23,383 nucleotides of DNA, taken from NCBI GenBank assembly GCA_034530875.2, contig JAVRCJ020000069.1, positions 1-23,383 on the forward strand, written 5' to 3'. How positions within the stretch are numbered: the first letter of the stretch is position 1; every line of letters starts with the position of its first letter. The DNA is from Nostoc sp. DedSLP01 (lineage in GTDB: Bacteria; Cyanobacteriota; Cyanobacteriia; Cyanobacteriales; Nostocaceae). Below the pieces are notes generated by a model. The model did no database searches. It had not been told where the DNA came from and saw only the letters and a program-made list of their open reading frames with translations. The position numbers were made by a program, and so were the translations under genes. Of this stretch, positions 9,187 through 17,446 are shown piece after piece.

Positions 9187-10502
9187 GCCGTTCAATCGAT
9201 CGAACTCACGATCCAAATTTGCGTAGTTGGGTGGAATCTGCCAATCAAAAGGATACTGATTTTCCCATTCAGAACTTACCTTTTGGCGTGTTTCGCCATC
9301 GTAATGGTATCCGAAGCTCGCGAATTGGGGTAGCGATCGGCAACCAAATTCTAGATTTGACATCATGTTACCAGTCAAGACTGCTCCAAGAACTTCCCGA
9401 ACAATTGCAAGCAGCTTGTACGGCTGCTAACTTAAATCCCTTGATGGCTTTAGGAAGTTGGGCTTCATCGGCATTGCGTACTCGCCTGAGCGAATTGCTG
9501 CGCTGGAATGAACAAAAGCCTTCGTCGGAGGCAAAACTGTTAGTGCCGATGGTAGAAGCTGAACTTTTATTACCTGCGAACATTGGCGATTATACTGACT
9601 TTTACGCTTCTATTTTTCACGCCACCAACGTTGGAAAGCTATTCCGTCCTGACAATCCCTTACTCCCTAACTACAAATACGTTCCTATTGCCTACCACGG
9701 ACGAGCCTCTTCCATTGTACCCAGTGGTACATCTATCAAGCGCCCCCAAGGTCAGCGAAAAGCTCCTGAAGATACTGTGCCTCATTTCGGTTCTTCTGTG
9801 TCTCTAGACTATGAAGTGGAGGTCGGCTTTCTGATTGGTGCTGGCAATCAACTAGGACACCCCATATCTATTGCCAACGCAGAGTCACACGTGTTTGGAC
9901 TTTGCTTAGTCAATGACTGGTCAGCACGGGATATCCAAGCTTGGGAGTACCAGCCCTTGGGTCCCTTCCTCAGCAAGAGCTTTGCCACGACGATTTCTCC
10001 TTGGGTGGTAACTTTGGAAGCTCTGGCACCTTTCCGTTGCCCTGCTTTTGAACGTTCCCAGGAAGATCCGTCGCCCCTACCTTATCTGTCTGGCTCAATT
10101 AATACCAGAGTGGGTGGAATAGATCTGATACTTGAAGTGCTACTTAATTCGGCACAGATGCGCGAGCAAGGGATAGAGCCATTTTCTATGAGCCATGCTT
10201 CTTTTAAACAAATGTACTGGACAATAGCTCAGATGATTGCTCACCACACTAGTAATGGTTGCAATCTCCGCCCTGGAGATTTACTAGCTAGTGGAACAGT
10301 TTCTGGTACTGAATTAGGTTCTCAAGGATCTCTGCTAGAAATCACTCGGCGTGGTTCTCAGCCTATTAAACTAGCAACAGGTGAGATCCGAACTTTCCTG
10401 GCTGATGCAGACGAAGTTATTATTCGCGGATACTGTGAGAAAGAAAACTATGCCAGAGTCGGGTTCGGAGAGTGTCAAGGCATAGTTTTTGCTGCCGAAT
10501 GA
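9183..10502 (+). CDS. fahA: Fumarylacetoacetase
   Basis: DFPIQNLPFGVF, GDYTDFYAS.FHATNVG, YHGRASS, LDYEVEVG and NDWSARDIQAWEYQPLGPFLSKSF. Start ATG 9183 lies in an ATGA overlap. Confidence 0.95.
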   Translation: MSRSIDRTHDPNLRSWVESANQKDTDFPIQNLPFGVFRHRNGIRSSRIGVAIGNQILDLTSCYQSRLLQELPEQLQAACTAANLNPLMALGSWASSALRTRLSELLRWNEQKPSSEAKLLVPMVEAELLLPANIGDYTDFYASIFHATNVGKLFRPDNPLLPNYKYVPIAYHGRASSIVPSGTSIKRPQGQRKAPEDTVPHFGSSVSLDYEVEVGFLIGAGNQLGHPISIANAESHVFGLCLVNDWSARDIQAWEYQPLGPFLSKSFATTISPWVVTLEALAPFRCPAFERSQEDPSPLPYLSGSINTRVGGIDLILEVLLNSAQMREQGIEPFSMSHASFKQMYWTIAQMIAHHTSNGCNLRPGDLLASGTVSGTELGSQGSLLEITRRGSQPIKLATGEIRTFLADADEVIIRGYCEKENYARVGFGECQGIVFAAE

Positions 10503-10661
10503 GTGAGGGAAGATATGCGATTTTCAGCCAAAAGACATATAACACCTAACTAGTACATAATTACTATAAAAAGAGAATGAAAATAAACCCACCCTAACTC
10601 GGTTAGGCATTAATTCCTCTTACCCTTCTAAAATGAGCGAACATACAGTTCAAATTCCTCT

Positions 10662-11837
10662 TTAAAACTTGAGTATTTCCCAGTCATAGTTGTCGGGAAA
10701 AGGTTGTATTTCCCAGACTATGCTTTCTCCTGCTTCTAAGGCAACTTCTACGTACAATTGTTCTACAGCCGTTGTAGCTACATCTTCGTTATTGGGAAAA
10801 GGCTGTAAATCTTCGGTGAGTAATCGCAGTTTAAAACCACCAGGAATAGCTGCACCGACGGCGGCGTTACGTAATTCAAAACGCCAAATAGTTGCATCTT
10901 GATTATTTTGTGGTGCGATCGTCATCTCATAGATTTGGCCTGCGATCGCCAACCGACGAGAGAGAATAGTACTTGGTTGTGTGTCTTCCACACCCCGCGC
11001 CTCAGCAGCACTCAGTTGTAAATCAAAGCTTCTCCAACCGACAGCCTCAGCAACTTGAGAAATACCGCTTTGCAACCATTGGATAATTGACCATTGTTCT
11101 GGTAATCCTAAGCGTTGTTGATATAAATTTTGTCGCCAACCGCCATGTTGAATTAATCCACCCCACAGTTGAAAAGGGATTTCTTGCCGGGGTGTAAGTA
11201 TTTCCGGGTTTCCCAGACGGGCTATTAAATTTTGTGCTTGTTGTGGCGATAAATTGGGAATCTCTTGAATAGTGCTACGGGTGGGTTCTTCCGGACACAA
11301 TTGACGCGCCAGAGCTAAAACGCTGATGTCGTTGATTATATCAGTAGCATCCAGGGAATAAGTGCGATCGCTGGCATCATAACTACCTTGAGTTTTCAGT
11401 TTTTCATGGTTGCAATAACCCCAAATCCTGACGTAGCCTTCATCTGGCTCGACTTGCACAGCTAAATAATAATCACCTACCCAACTAGGAATATCCACCC
11501 ATTCTTGAGGTACTCGGAATTCACTCAAATCAATTGCTTCACTAGGTATCAAGACTAATCTGGTTGCCTCAAGGGTGAGTGCAATTCCATTAACCAGTTC
11601 CCAAAAACTGGGTAAAGCAGTAGTACTTGGCCAAACCTTTGTTTGTGGCGTCCAGTCTTCTTGCAACCATAGCAAGATAGCACCCAGGCAAAGTTGATTA
11701 ATATAAGCTTGATAGCGAGAATTAGCATTAGAAAAAGCTTGACTGTCCAAATCCGCTTGGTTTTGCAGAATTATAGGGATTTCTAAAACCAGATCTGTTG
11801 AGCTAGCGAAAGTAAATACAGTGGTGTCAATAGTCAT
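10662..11837 (-). CDS. DUF1822-like protein (candidate sigma-factor partner / anti-sigma)
   Basis: AYINQLCL, LPSFWELVNG, FRVPQEWVDIPSWVGDYYLAVQV, RIWGY and a C-terminal GFKLRLLTEDLQPF domain, typical of the cyanobacterial genes that follow these sigma-like factors. Start set at MTIDTT because the upstream extension runs through STRR-like DNA. Confidence 0.75.
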   Translation of the reverse strand: MTIDTTVFTFASSTDLVLEIPIILQNQADLDSQAFSNANSRYQAYINQLCLGAILLWLQEDWTPQTKVWPSTTALPSFWELVNGIALTLEATRLVLIPSEAIDLSEFRVPQEWVDIPSWVGDYYLAVQVEPDEGYVRIWGYCNHEKLKTQGSYDASDRTYSLDATDIINDISVLALARQLCPEEPTRSTIQEIPNLSPQQAQNLIARLGNPEILTPRQEIPFQLWGGLIQHGGWRQNLYQQRLGLPEQWSIIQWLQSGISQVAEAVGWRSFDLQLSAAEARGVEDTQPSTILSRRLAIAGQIYEMTIAPQNNQDATIWRFELRNAAVGAAIPGGFKLRLLTEDLQPFPNNEDVATTAVEQLYVEVALEAGESIVWEIQPFPDNYDWEILKF

Positions 11838-11999
11838 GGCGATTACTCTTGGGGATTGGGCATTGGAAATTTGCAAGTTTGAGATTCTGAGGTAGATGGA
11901 TAGAGAACTTAAGGAGATGAACGAAGCTTTGAAGTGGACGAACAAACTCCCACTTGTCCCTACCTCTGGCTACCTCCCCTGCCCCGTTCCAATTCCCAG

Positions 12000-13166
12000 T
12001 CATACAGCATAGTAATTTTTCAACCATTCCTCCATTAATGTGTTTATACTATGCAGTAGGTCTGAGGTAAGAGAAATATGCAAACTATCTTTACTCCAGT
12101 TAGCTAAAAAGCGTAACAAAGTTTCTTGGGCTTTTTTTAGTCGCCGCGAGACAGTATACTGCTGTATTTGTAATTGTTTGGCAATTTTGTCTTGAGTTAG
12201 TTCTTTAGCATAATAAAGTTGTAATATTTCTTGTACTTGCGGTTCGAGTTCAGCGATCGCAGCTACTAAAACTTTGTTAATTTCAGTTTGTTGAAACTTT
12301 CTTGTTTGTTCTTCTTCTTGAGCAAGAATTTGATTAATTAGAGATTCTTGCTGTGTTTCAGGAATATTATCAAGCCATTCCCACGAATCATCACCACCTT
12401 TAGGGATATTAAGAGAGTCAACCCTAAAATAACGATAGCGGCGTGCAGCTTTAGCCGCATTTAAAAGCCACTTTTCTAGGGTTTGGTAATTTACTTGCTG
12501 ACCGCTTTGGCAATTATAAGCTTTAGCGATCGCCTCCCAAGTCTCATTGTCTGGTTGGGAAATTTGACGAGAAGTACCTTTTTGAGTTGGGATATATAAA
12601 GTTTTGAAACAGTTCCAAGCTAGGACATAAGCATTAATATCCTCTGGTAATAAGGCTGCATTTTGTAAAGACTCTACCAAAAACTTTTTAGTGATTTTTC
12701 GTAATAGTCCCCAATCTGTACAAATATCAATTTCACGATTTTGGCGTAAATTTTCCCGAATAGCACTGCTAAAGATGGCACTGGCGTAGTTTTTTAAAAT
12801 AAAGCCTCGATCTGGATTAAATCCTTTGAGGACTTTATCAACTTGAGCGATGGCAATTTGAAAACAGTCTGATAATTTGTACTGAGTACTCGCAAAACTG
12901 TTAACTGTTTTTTGGGATGCCCAATAACAGGATTCTTGCAAGTAAGCCGCAAGATGCTGTTTAGCTAGTAGCGTTGTTTCAGGAACGAGCCAAAATTTAT
13001 ACCAATATAAAATCCAAAAATTTTCCGAAGTTTCTTGAGGAGTGCGGTTGAGACAACTTTGGATACTGCGACGTAACCTTGATTCCGTCGCCCAACCACT
13101 GAAGCGATCGGCGTCAAATTGCACAAAAGTTGAAAAGATTTCAATGATGCTTTGCCGAGGATGCAT
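12000..13166 (-). CDS. Atypical cyanobacterial sigma-70-family (HetZ-related) RNA polymerase sigma factor
   Basis: Region-2-like HLAAYLQESCYW and KGFNPDRGFILKNYAS; region-4 HTH ILQLYYAKELTQDKIAKQLQIQQYTVSRRL. Confidence 0.8.
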   Translation of the reverse strand: MHPRQSIIEIFSTFVQFDADRFSGWATESRLRRSIQSCLNRTPQETSENFWILYWYKFWLVPETTLLAKQHLAAYLQESCYWASQKTVNSFASTQYKLSDCFQIAIAQVDKVLKGFNPDRGFILKNYASAIFSSAIRENLRQNREIDICTDWGLLRKITKKFLVESLQNAALLPEDINAYVLAWNCFKTLYIPTQKGTSRQISQPDNETWEAIAKAYNCQSGQQVNYQTLEKWLLNAAKAARRYRYFRVDSLNIPKGGDDSWEWLDNIPETQQESLINQILAQEEEQTRKFQQTEINKVLVAAIAELEPQVQEILQLYYAKELTQDKIAKQLQIQQYTVSRRLKKAQETLLRFLANWSKDSLHISLTSDLLHSINTLMEEWLKNYYAV

Positions 13167-13202
13167 AAAAAATTGGAACCCAACCTATAGGAAGAGTGAA
13201 AG
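13162..13202 (+). promoter_or_regulatory. Conserved promoter-like motif, copy 1 (faces the 144-aa secreted protein gene; overlaps the sigma start codon)
   Basis: TGCATAAAAA-attggaaccc-AACCTAT-aggaag-AGTGAAAG. Confidence 0.7.
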
Positions 13203-13350
13203 CGTTAAAGGACGCCTACACAAACTTTACTACAAGGTGTGAGGATTATATTTCGACTTAAATGAAATATTTTATACTTAGCCAACTGGTAATCATGTCT
13301 ACTTATCAATAAGTTACAAAAACAATTACGAATAATGGAGTGTGACTAAA

Positions 13351-13785
13351 ATGTTGAAACGTTCTATGAGTATTATTGCTGCTAGTAGCATCTTAACTAC
13401 TGCTTTAATCAATCCTGCTTTAGCTGTACCTGCTGACTTTATTGGTACTTGGGTAAATAAAGATGCCAATACTTCTAATATTACTCGTTTAGTAATTACC
13501 TCAGGTGGTAGCAATAAATTAAATATTCAGGTGTTTGGCAAATGTCATCCTAGTGATTGTAATTGGGGAACTGCACCATTACTTACCTATGGTATTAATG
13601 TCCAAGATACTAATCATAAATATGCAACAGCCAACTATAATAAAGGGTTTGCAAATTCCTTCCTCACCTTGGGATCTGCTGGTCAAGAATTACTGTTGCA
13701 AGGCTATACGCAGTTTTTAGATAATAGCGGCAGGCAGAATTACTATTCTCGTGAATACTTTCAAAAGCAAACAAGAGTGAGATAA
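13351..13785 (+). CDS. Secreted hypothetical protein (144 aa, beta-rich, CHPSDCNWG motif)
   Basis: Sec-type signal MLKRSMSIIAASSILTTALINPALA|VP, GTWVN motif and a C-x4-C pair. GGAG at 13337-13340 favours ATG 13351 over GTG 13342. Confidence 0.8.
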   Translation: MLKRSMSIIAASSILTTALINPALAVPADFIGTWVNKDANTSNITRLVITSGGSNKLNIQVFGKCHPSDCNWGTAPLLTYGINVQDTNHKYATANYNKGFANSFLTLGSAGQELLLQGYTQFLDNSGRQNYYSREYFQKQTRVR

Positions 13786-13818
13786 ACGATCGCTAGAAAT
13801 CAGCTTTATCCCAGCATT

Positions 13819-13842
13819 AAACCTCGCCTATGCGGGGTTTTT
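13819..13842 (+). terminator. Intrinsic terminator after the secreted protein gene
   Basis: AAACCTCGC-ctat-GCGGGGTTT followed by TT. Confidence 0.7.
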
Positions 13843-13886
13843 CTATTTGTATTCAAAAAATAATTTTCAAAAAATTTCCCCAAGGC

Positions 13887-13927
13887 TGCATAAAAATATC
13901 CAAGCAAACCTATTGACTAAGTGAAAG
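13887..13927 (+). promoter_or_regulatory. Conserved promoter-like motif, copy 2 (faces the precursor-ATP-grasp operon)
   Basis: TGCATAAAAA-tatccaagca-AACCTAT-tgacta-AGTGAAAG; all three blocks and both spacer lengths are identical to copy 1. Confidence 0.75.
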
Positions 13928-14121
13928 GTGAAACTGGAAAACTCTAATCGGAGCTTTTAAACAGTTGTCGCACTATCATATTTTACTTAATCAAGTAATC
14001 TTGTTTTCATCTGTCACGAATGAGTTACAGGAGAAAAAAGATGAAACATAAGTAGCCGTAAACATGTGATAAATCGAGTCACAGCAATAAAAGTAATAAA
14101 TCAACTTAAAGGAGAATCGCA

Positions 14122-14553
14122 ATGAAGATTACAACTTCAACTTCTACACGTTTAGCATTAGTAATGGGTTTAGCGATCGCTAATTCAATTATCAGTACTG
14201 TAGCTAAAGCTGAATCTATCCCTAATTTAGTAGTTTCTGATAGCTATAGCGTATCAAATAAGCCTTTTATTACTAATTCTGCCCGTCGTGACACTCTTCA
14301 TAATTTGAATCAACGACCGTTGAATAGTGTTTTAGAAACCGACGGTGGTAAAACAAAAGAATCGAGTGATAAAGGCAAAGATTCTAGCGATAAAGGTAAG
14401 GATAGTAAAGAGACTTGCGAAAGCGGTAACTGTGGTGGTGGTTTTCTAGATAGAGCTAATCCAGTTATTTTACCAGCAGATCAACTGAAAGTTCCTGTAC
14501 TACAAAATGTACGTCCTCAAAGTTTAATTAAAGCTAACAAGCCAATCTTCTAG
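14122..14553 (+). CDS. Secreted low-complexity protein; putative RiPP (graspetide-like) precursor / ATP-grasp substrate
   Basis: AAAGGAG RBS; signal peptide ending VAKA|ES; central GGKTKESSDKGKDSSDKGKDSKETCESGNCGGG; lies directly upstream of two ATP-grasp-type genes. Confidence 0.7.
   Translation: MKITTSTSTRLALVMGLAIANSIISTVAKAESIPNLVVSDSYSVSNKPFITNSARRDTLHNLNQRPLNSVLETDGGKTKESSDKGKDSSDKGKDSKETCESGNCGGGFLDRANPVILPADQLKVPVLQNVRPQSLIKANKPIF
14362..14403 (+). repeat. Two 21-nt coding tandem repeats (SSDKGKD x2)
   Basis: tcg agt gat aaa ggc aaa gat / tct agc gat aaa ggt aag gat: four differences, all synonymous. Confidence 0.9.
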
Positions 14554-14559
14554 AAAAAC

Positions 14560-14592
14560 AGATTCCCGACTTCTTCAAGAAGTCGGAAATCT
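14560..14592. repeat. Palindromic hairpin between the precursor and enzyme genes
   Basis: AGATTCCCGACTTCTT-c-AAGAAGTCGGAAATCT (16-nt arms, one mismatch); resembles a common Nostocales dispersed palindrome. Confidence 0.75.
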
Positions 14593-14627
14593 AAGCCTCC
14601 CATGAGAAAAATTATGGACTAAATACT

Positions 14628-15413
14628 ATGGATTTATTAATTATTGGTTCGAGTGATGACATTTTTTGCCAAGCAGTTAACGAATTGGTTAGACAAAAAG
14701 GTTATGCGAGTGCAATTTTAGATGTTTGCAATGCTGCAAGAATGTTTTCTATCAGTGTTACTTCTGGAAAATCATATATTACACCAGAAATCCCAGTTAT
14801 TTTACGTATTCCGCCACAGACGCCGATTCGCGCTAGTTTTGATGATTCTTTTATTTATGATGAGTGTCTTGCTACTTTATGGGCAGCGATGACATTATCT
14901 AAATCACCAGTAATTAATCGTCCAACTGCAAATAGTCTTTGGGGTAATTTATCGTATTCTTCTAACTTGACTAAATTAAAGGCTGGTTATACTAGCAATC
15001 TAGAAGTATTCTCTTCACAAGTTCCACCATCGCCGCAAGCATTACTCGATAAACAATGGTATCTTCAAGATTTAACTACTTATAATACTGCTGCATATCC
15101 AGAAATTCCTCAAGGGGTGGGGCCATTTCGCGCAAGTTGGGTTTCGCCTAACCTGGAATATGAAATTGTTGTTGTTTTAGAAGATAAAGCATGGCGTTGC
15201 ACCAATACATCTCTAGAACATTTGCAGTTAGAAGAAAAAAGTATTTCGCTATTGAGAAATTTAGATTTGGTATTTGGTACTGTAACTTGGAGTATTGATA
15301 GCAACCTAGAAAGTGCCAATATTGCTCGTATCAACCCTTATCCATCGCTGGAAGAAATACAGTTTGTTTGGTCGGATTTTGCTCCCGCACTTTTGGAGAA
15401 TATTTTCTCATGA
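14628..15413 (+). CDS. Degenerate ATP-grasp-like protein
   Basis: Collinear with its neighbour: PVINRP (cf. NVINRP), LDLVFGTVTW (cf. LGLKFAGWDF) and ARINPYP (cf. LEVNPMP). It lacks the metal-binding D/E residues and is ATGA-coupled to the next gene. Confidence 0.6.
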   Translation: MDLLIIGSSDDIFCQAVNELVRQKGYASAILDVCNAARMFSISVTSGKSYITPEIPVILRIPPQTPIRASFDDSFIYDECLATLWAAMTLSKSPVINRPTANSLWGNLSYSSNLTKLKAGYTSNLEVFSSQVPPSPQALLDKQWYLQDLTTYNTAAYPEIPQGVGPFRASWVSPNLEYEIVVVLEDKAWRCTNTSLEHLQLEEKSISLLRNLDLVFGTVTWSIDSNLESANIARINPYPSLEEIQFVWSDFAPALLENIFS

Positions 15414-17044
15414 TTTATGCAATTGGCCTTGATTCAGACCGCACTTTTTGTCATTTTGTTAACTACGCTGAATCTCGTGGTGTCGAAGTACAAGTAATTA
15501 ATTTACGCGAAGTAATTCAAAATGGAGATTGGCGGCTAGCGTTACCCGATGATAATGAAAGTTGGATAAGTTTTTCTAGCGAAAAGTACATATTAAATCC
15601 TCATGGTTCTTATTATTGTCGCTTGATTGACCTTTCAACCGTACAATCAGATTTACAAGATGCGATGCGATGGAAAAGTCTTCTTGCTGCACTTTGCTGT
15701 TGGCTAGAACATATTCCCGGTAACGTAATTAATCGTCCTGGTGCTGGTGGTAATAATTTCTCAAAACCGCTTCATGAATTTCATCTGCAATCTTTAGGTT
15801 TTCAAGTTGCTGATAGCATTACCAGTTCCAATCCAGAAATTCTAGCTGAGTTTGCTAACGCTGGATTAACAATTGTTAAGACAACATCAGGCGTTCGTGC
15901 CGATAGTAGACTGGTAAAATCAGAGGAGTTTCTCGATTTCCACCCAGACGCTGGCCCAGTTCATTTACAAAGATATATACACGGTGCTGATGTGCGCGCC
16001 CATGTAGTGGGTAATAGAGTTCACGCAGAATTGATAAAATGTCCGCAGGTAGACTATCGCCATTTTCATGAAGAAGCTGAGTATATCGAGTGGGAGTTAC
16101 CAGAAGCTTTACACCAAAAAATTATTAGTGCAACTGCCGCATTGGGGTTAAAGTTTGCAGGTTGGGATTTTAAAGTTACCAACGATTTAGAGTACTGGTG
16201 TTTAGAAGTTAATCCAATGCCGGGATACGATGGATATGATATTCGGGCAGATGGTAAAATAACAGATTCGCTGTTAGCTTTGCTGACAGAAGATATTACA
16301 GAAAATAGTATTAGTTGGTATGCAGATTCGAGGAATGAAATTTTCTCAGAACAAATTGTGACAGTCGAACAGTGTAATGATATTTGTTCTGTAATTCATA
16401 GTTTAAGAGAATTATGGATAAAACGAGGAAACTCTCCAAAGTTTTTCTATACTTTAGGTACAGCTAGTTATTTAGATTTCTTAAATCAACCTAATTTTTC
16501 TAGAGATTATTATACTATAGCTCGTGAATATAATCTAATTCTAGAAGAACACTTAGGTTGGCTTTATAAGTTAGTTAAAGAATATTTAGAGCAGACGCTT
16601 ATAAACCCTGTAATGTATAAACCAGGTGCAGCACTGCCCGGTTTTCATATTTGGCAAAATGCTAATCTTATTACTAAACCCAATGCTACTACACACTTCG
16701 ATTTGCAGTACCGAAACATCAAATGGGATGAAGATAAACTCGATACTGTAAACACAATATCCTTTACTTTACCAATTAAACTACCTAAAAGTGGTGGTGG
16801 TTTGAATGTTTGGGATTTCAACTATATCAATGATTATAGCCAAGCGATCGCAGGTGATGTAGACATTCTTAAACGATTTAGAACTAAAACTTTTCATCGC
16901 TATAAAGTTGGTGAAATTGTTTTACACAGCGGACATACACTTCATCAGATTGCACCAACTACTTACATTTATCCTGACGATGAAAGAATAACTCTACAAG
17001 GTCATGGGTTATTTTGTGATGGTCAATGGTTACTGTACTGGTAA
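15410..17044 (+). CDS. RimK-like ATP-grasp ligase fused to a C-terminal 2OG-Fe(II) oxygenase domain
   Basis: ATP-grasp motifs: NNFSKP, IVKTTSGVRA, HLQRYIHGADVRAHVVG, DYR, FAGWDF, CLEVNPMPGY. Oxygenase motifs (from ~16335): HFD (HxD), SGGGL, HTLHQIAP, DERITLQGH. Start ATG 15410 lies in an ATGA overlap. Confidence 0.85.
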   Translation: MIYAIGLDSDRTFCHFVNYAESRGVEVQVINLREVIQNGDWRLALPDDNESWISFSSEKYILNPHGSYYCRLIDLSTVQSDLQDAMRWKSLLAALCCWLEHIPGNVINRPGAGGNNFSKPLHEFHLQSLGFQVADSITSSNPEILAEFANAGLTIVKTTSGVRADSRLVKSEEFLDFHPDAGPVHLQRYIHGADVRAHVVGNRVHAELIKCPQVDYRHFHEEAEYIEWELPEALHQKIISATAALGLKFAGWDFKVTNDLEYWCLEVNPMPGYDGYDIRADGKITDSLLALLTEDITENSISWYADSRNEIFSEQIVTVEQCNDICSVIHSLRELWIKRGNSPKFFYTLGTASYLDFLNQPNFSRDYYTIAREYNLILEEHLGWLYKLVKEYLEQTLINPVMYKPGAALPGFHIWQNANLITKPNATTHFDLQYRNIKWDEDKLDTVNTISFTLPIKLPKSGGGLNVWDFNYINDYSQAIAGDVDILKRFRTKTFHRYKVGEIVLHSGHTLHQIAPTTYIYPDDERITLQGHGLFCDGQWLLYW

Positions 17045-17239
17045 TATAATCTTCCTAATCTATCACAATTCTTTAGATAGAAAACTTAGCGGCTGAGGAC
17101 TAAAATTCAGTTTTGATGAATTCTGTATAGCAATCTTATCTAAGTTGTAAGTTTATGCTAGTTTTAGCTTAAAGTACAAATAGCATATCATTATGAAAAA
17201 CTTTTTGAGAAAGTTTTGGCATCTTTGCATATATTTTGA

Positions 17240-17316
17240 TGCACATAACAAGACTCCCCTGTAGTCCTCACTTAGCAAGGTAGGGGGACAGCGACAGTCG
17301 GGGAGAAATATATGCA
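17240..17316. repeat. Degenerate palindromic dispersed-repeat / MITE remnant
   Basis: Arms TGCACATA/TATATGCA and CTCCCC/GGGGAG flank a GC-rich hairpin core within AT-rich intergenic DNA. Confidence 0.45.
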
Positions 17317-17333
17317 ACTTCACAAAAAAAATA

Positions 17334-17446
17334 GGCGTTGCTGAATAAAGGGATGAAAATTAAAAATCTGATTTCTCTCTCCTCTTACTCTCTGCACCTC
17401 TGCGTCTCTGCGTGAGATAAAAATCATCCCACCAATCAGTAACGCC
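17334..17446. mobile_element. 113-bp MITE-like element with 23-bp imperfect terminal inverted repeats
   Basis: Left end GGCGTTGCTGAATAAAGGGATGA; right end reverse-complemented GGCGTTACTGATTGGTGGGATGA; internal CTCTGC(AC/GT) octamer tandem. Confidence 0.75.

Noticed and set aside
10593..10607. CCTAAC-tcg-GTTAGG hairpin as a terminator between fahA and the DUF1822 gene
   Set aside because: Only a 6-bp stem with no clear U-tract; too weak to call.
14041..14055. Tiny uORF MKHK* with an AGGAG upstream, in the precursor leader
   Set aside because: Four codons are easily produced by chance and there is no supporting evidence.
14065..14083. TGTGA...TCACA as a possible CRP/SyCrp site in the precursor leader
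   Set aside because: The spacer is 9 nt rather than 6.
14122..14553. Calling the cluster a microviridin locus
   Set aside because: No PFFARFL leader or TxKYPSD core, no acetyltransferase or ABC transporter, and one ATP-grasp is degenerate.
17226..17266. TGCATATATT upstream of the caspase gene as a fourth promoter-motif copy
   Set aside because: Lacks the A-tract and has no CTAT or TGAA at the conserved spacing.
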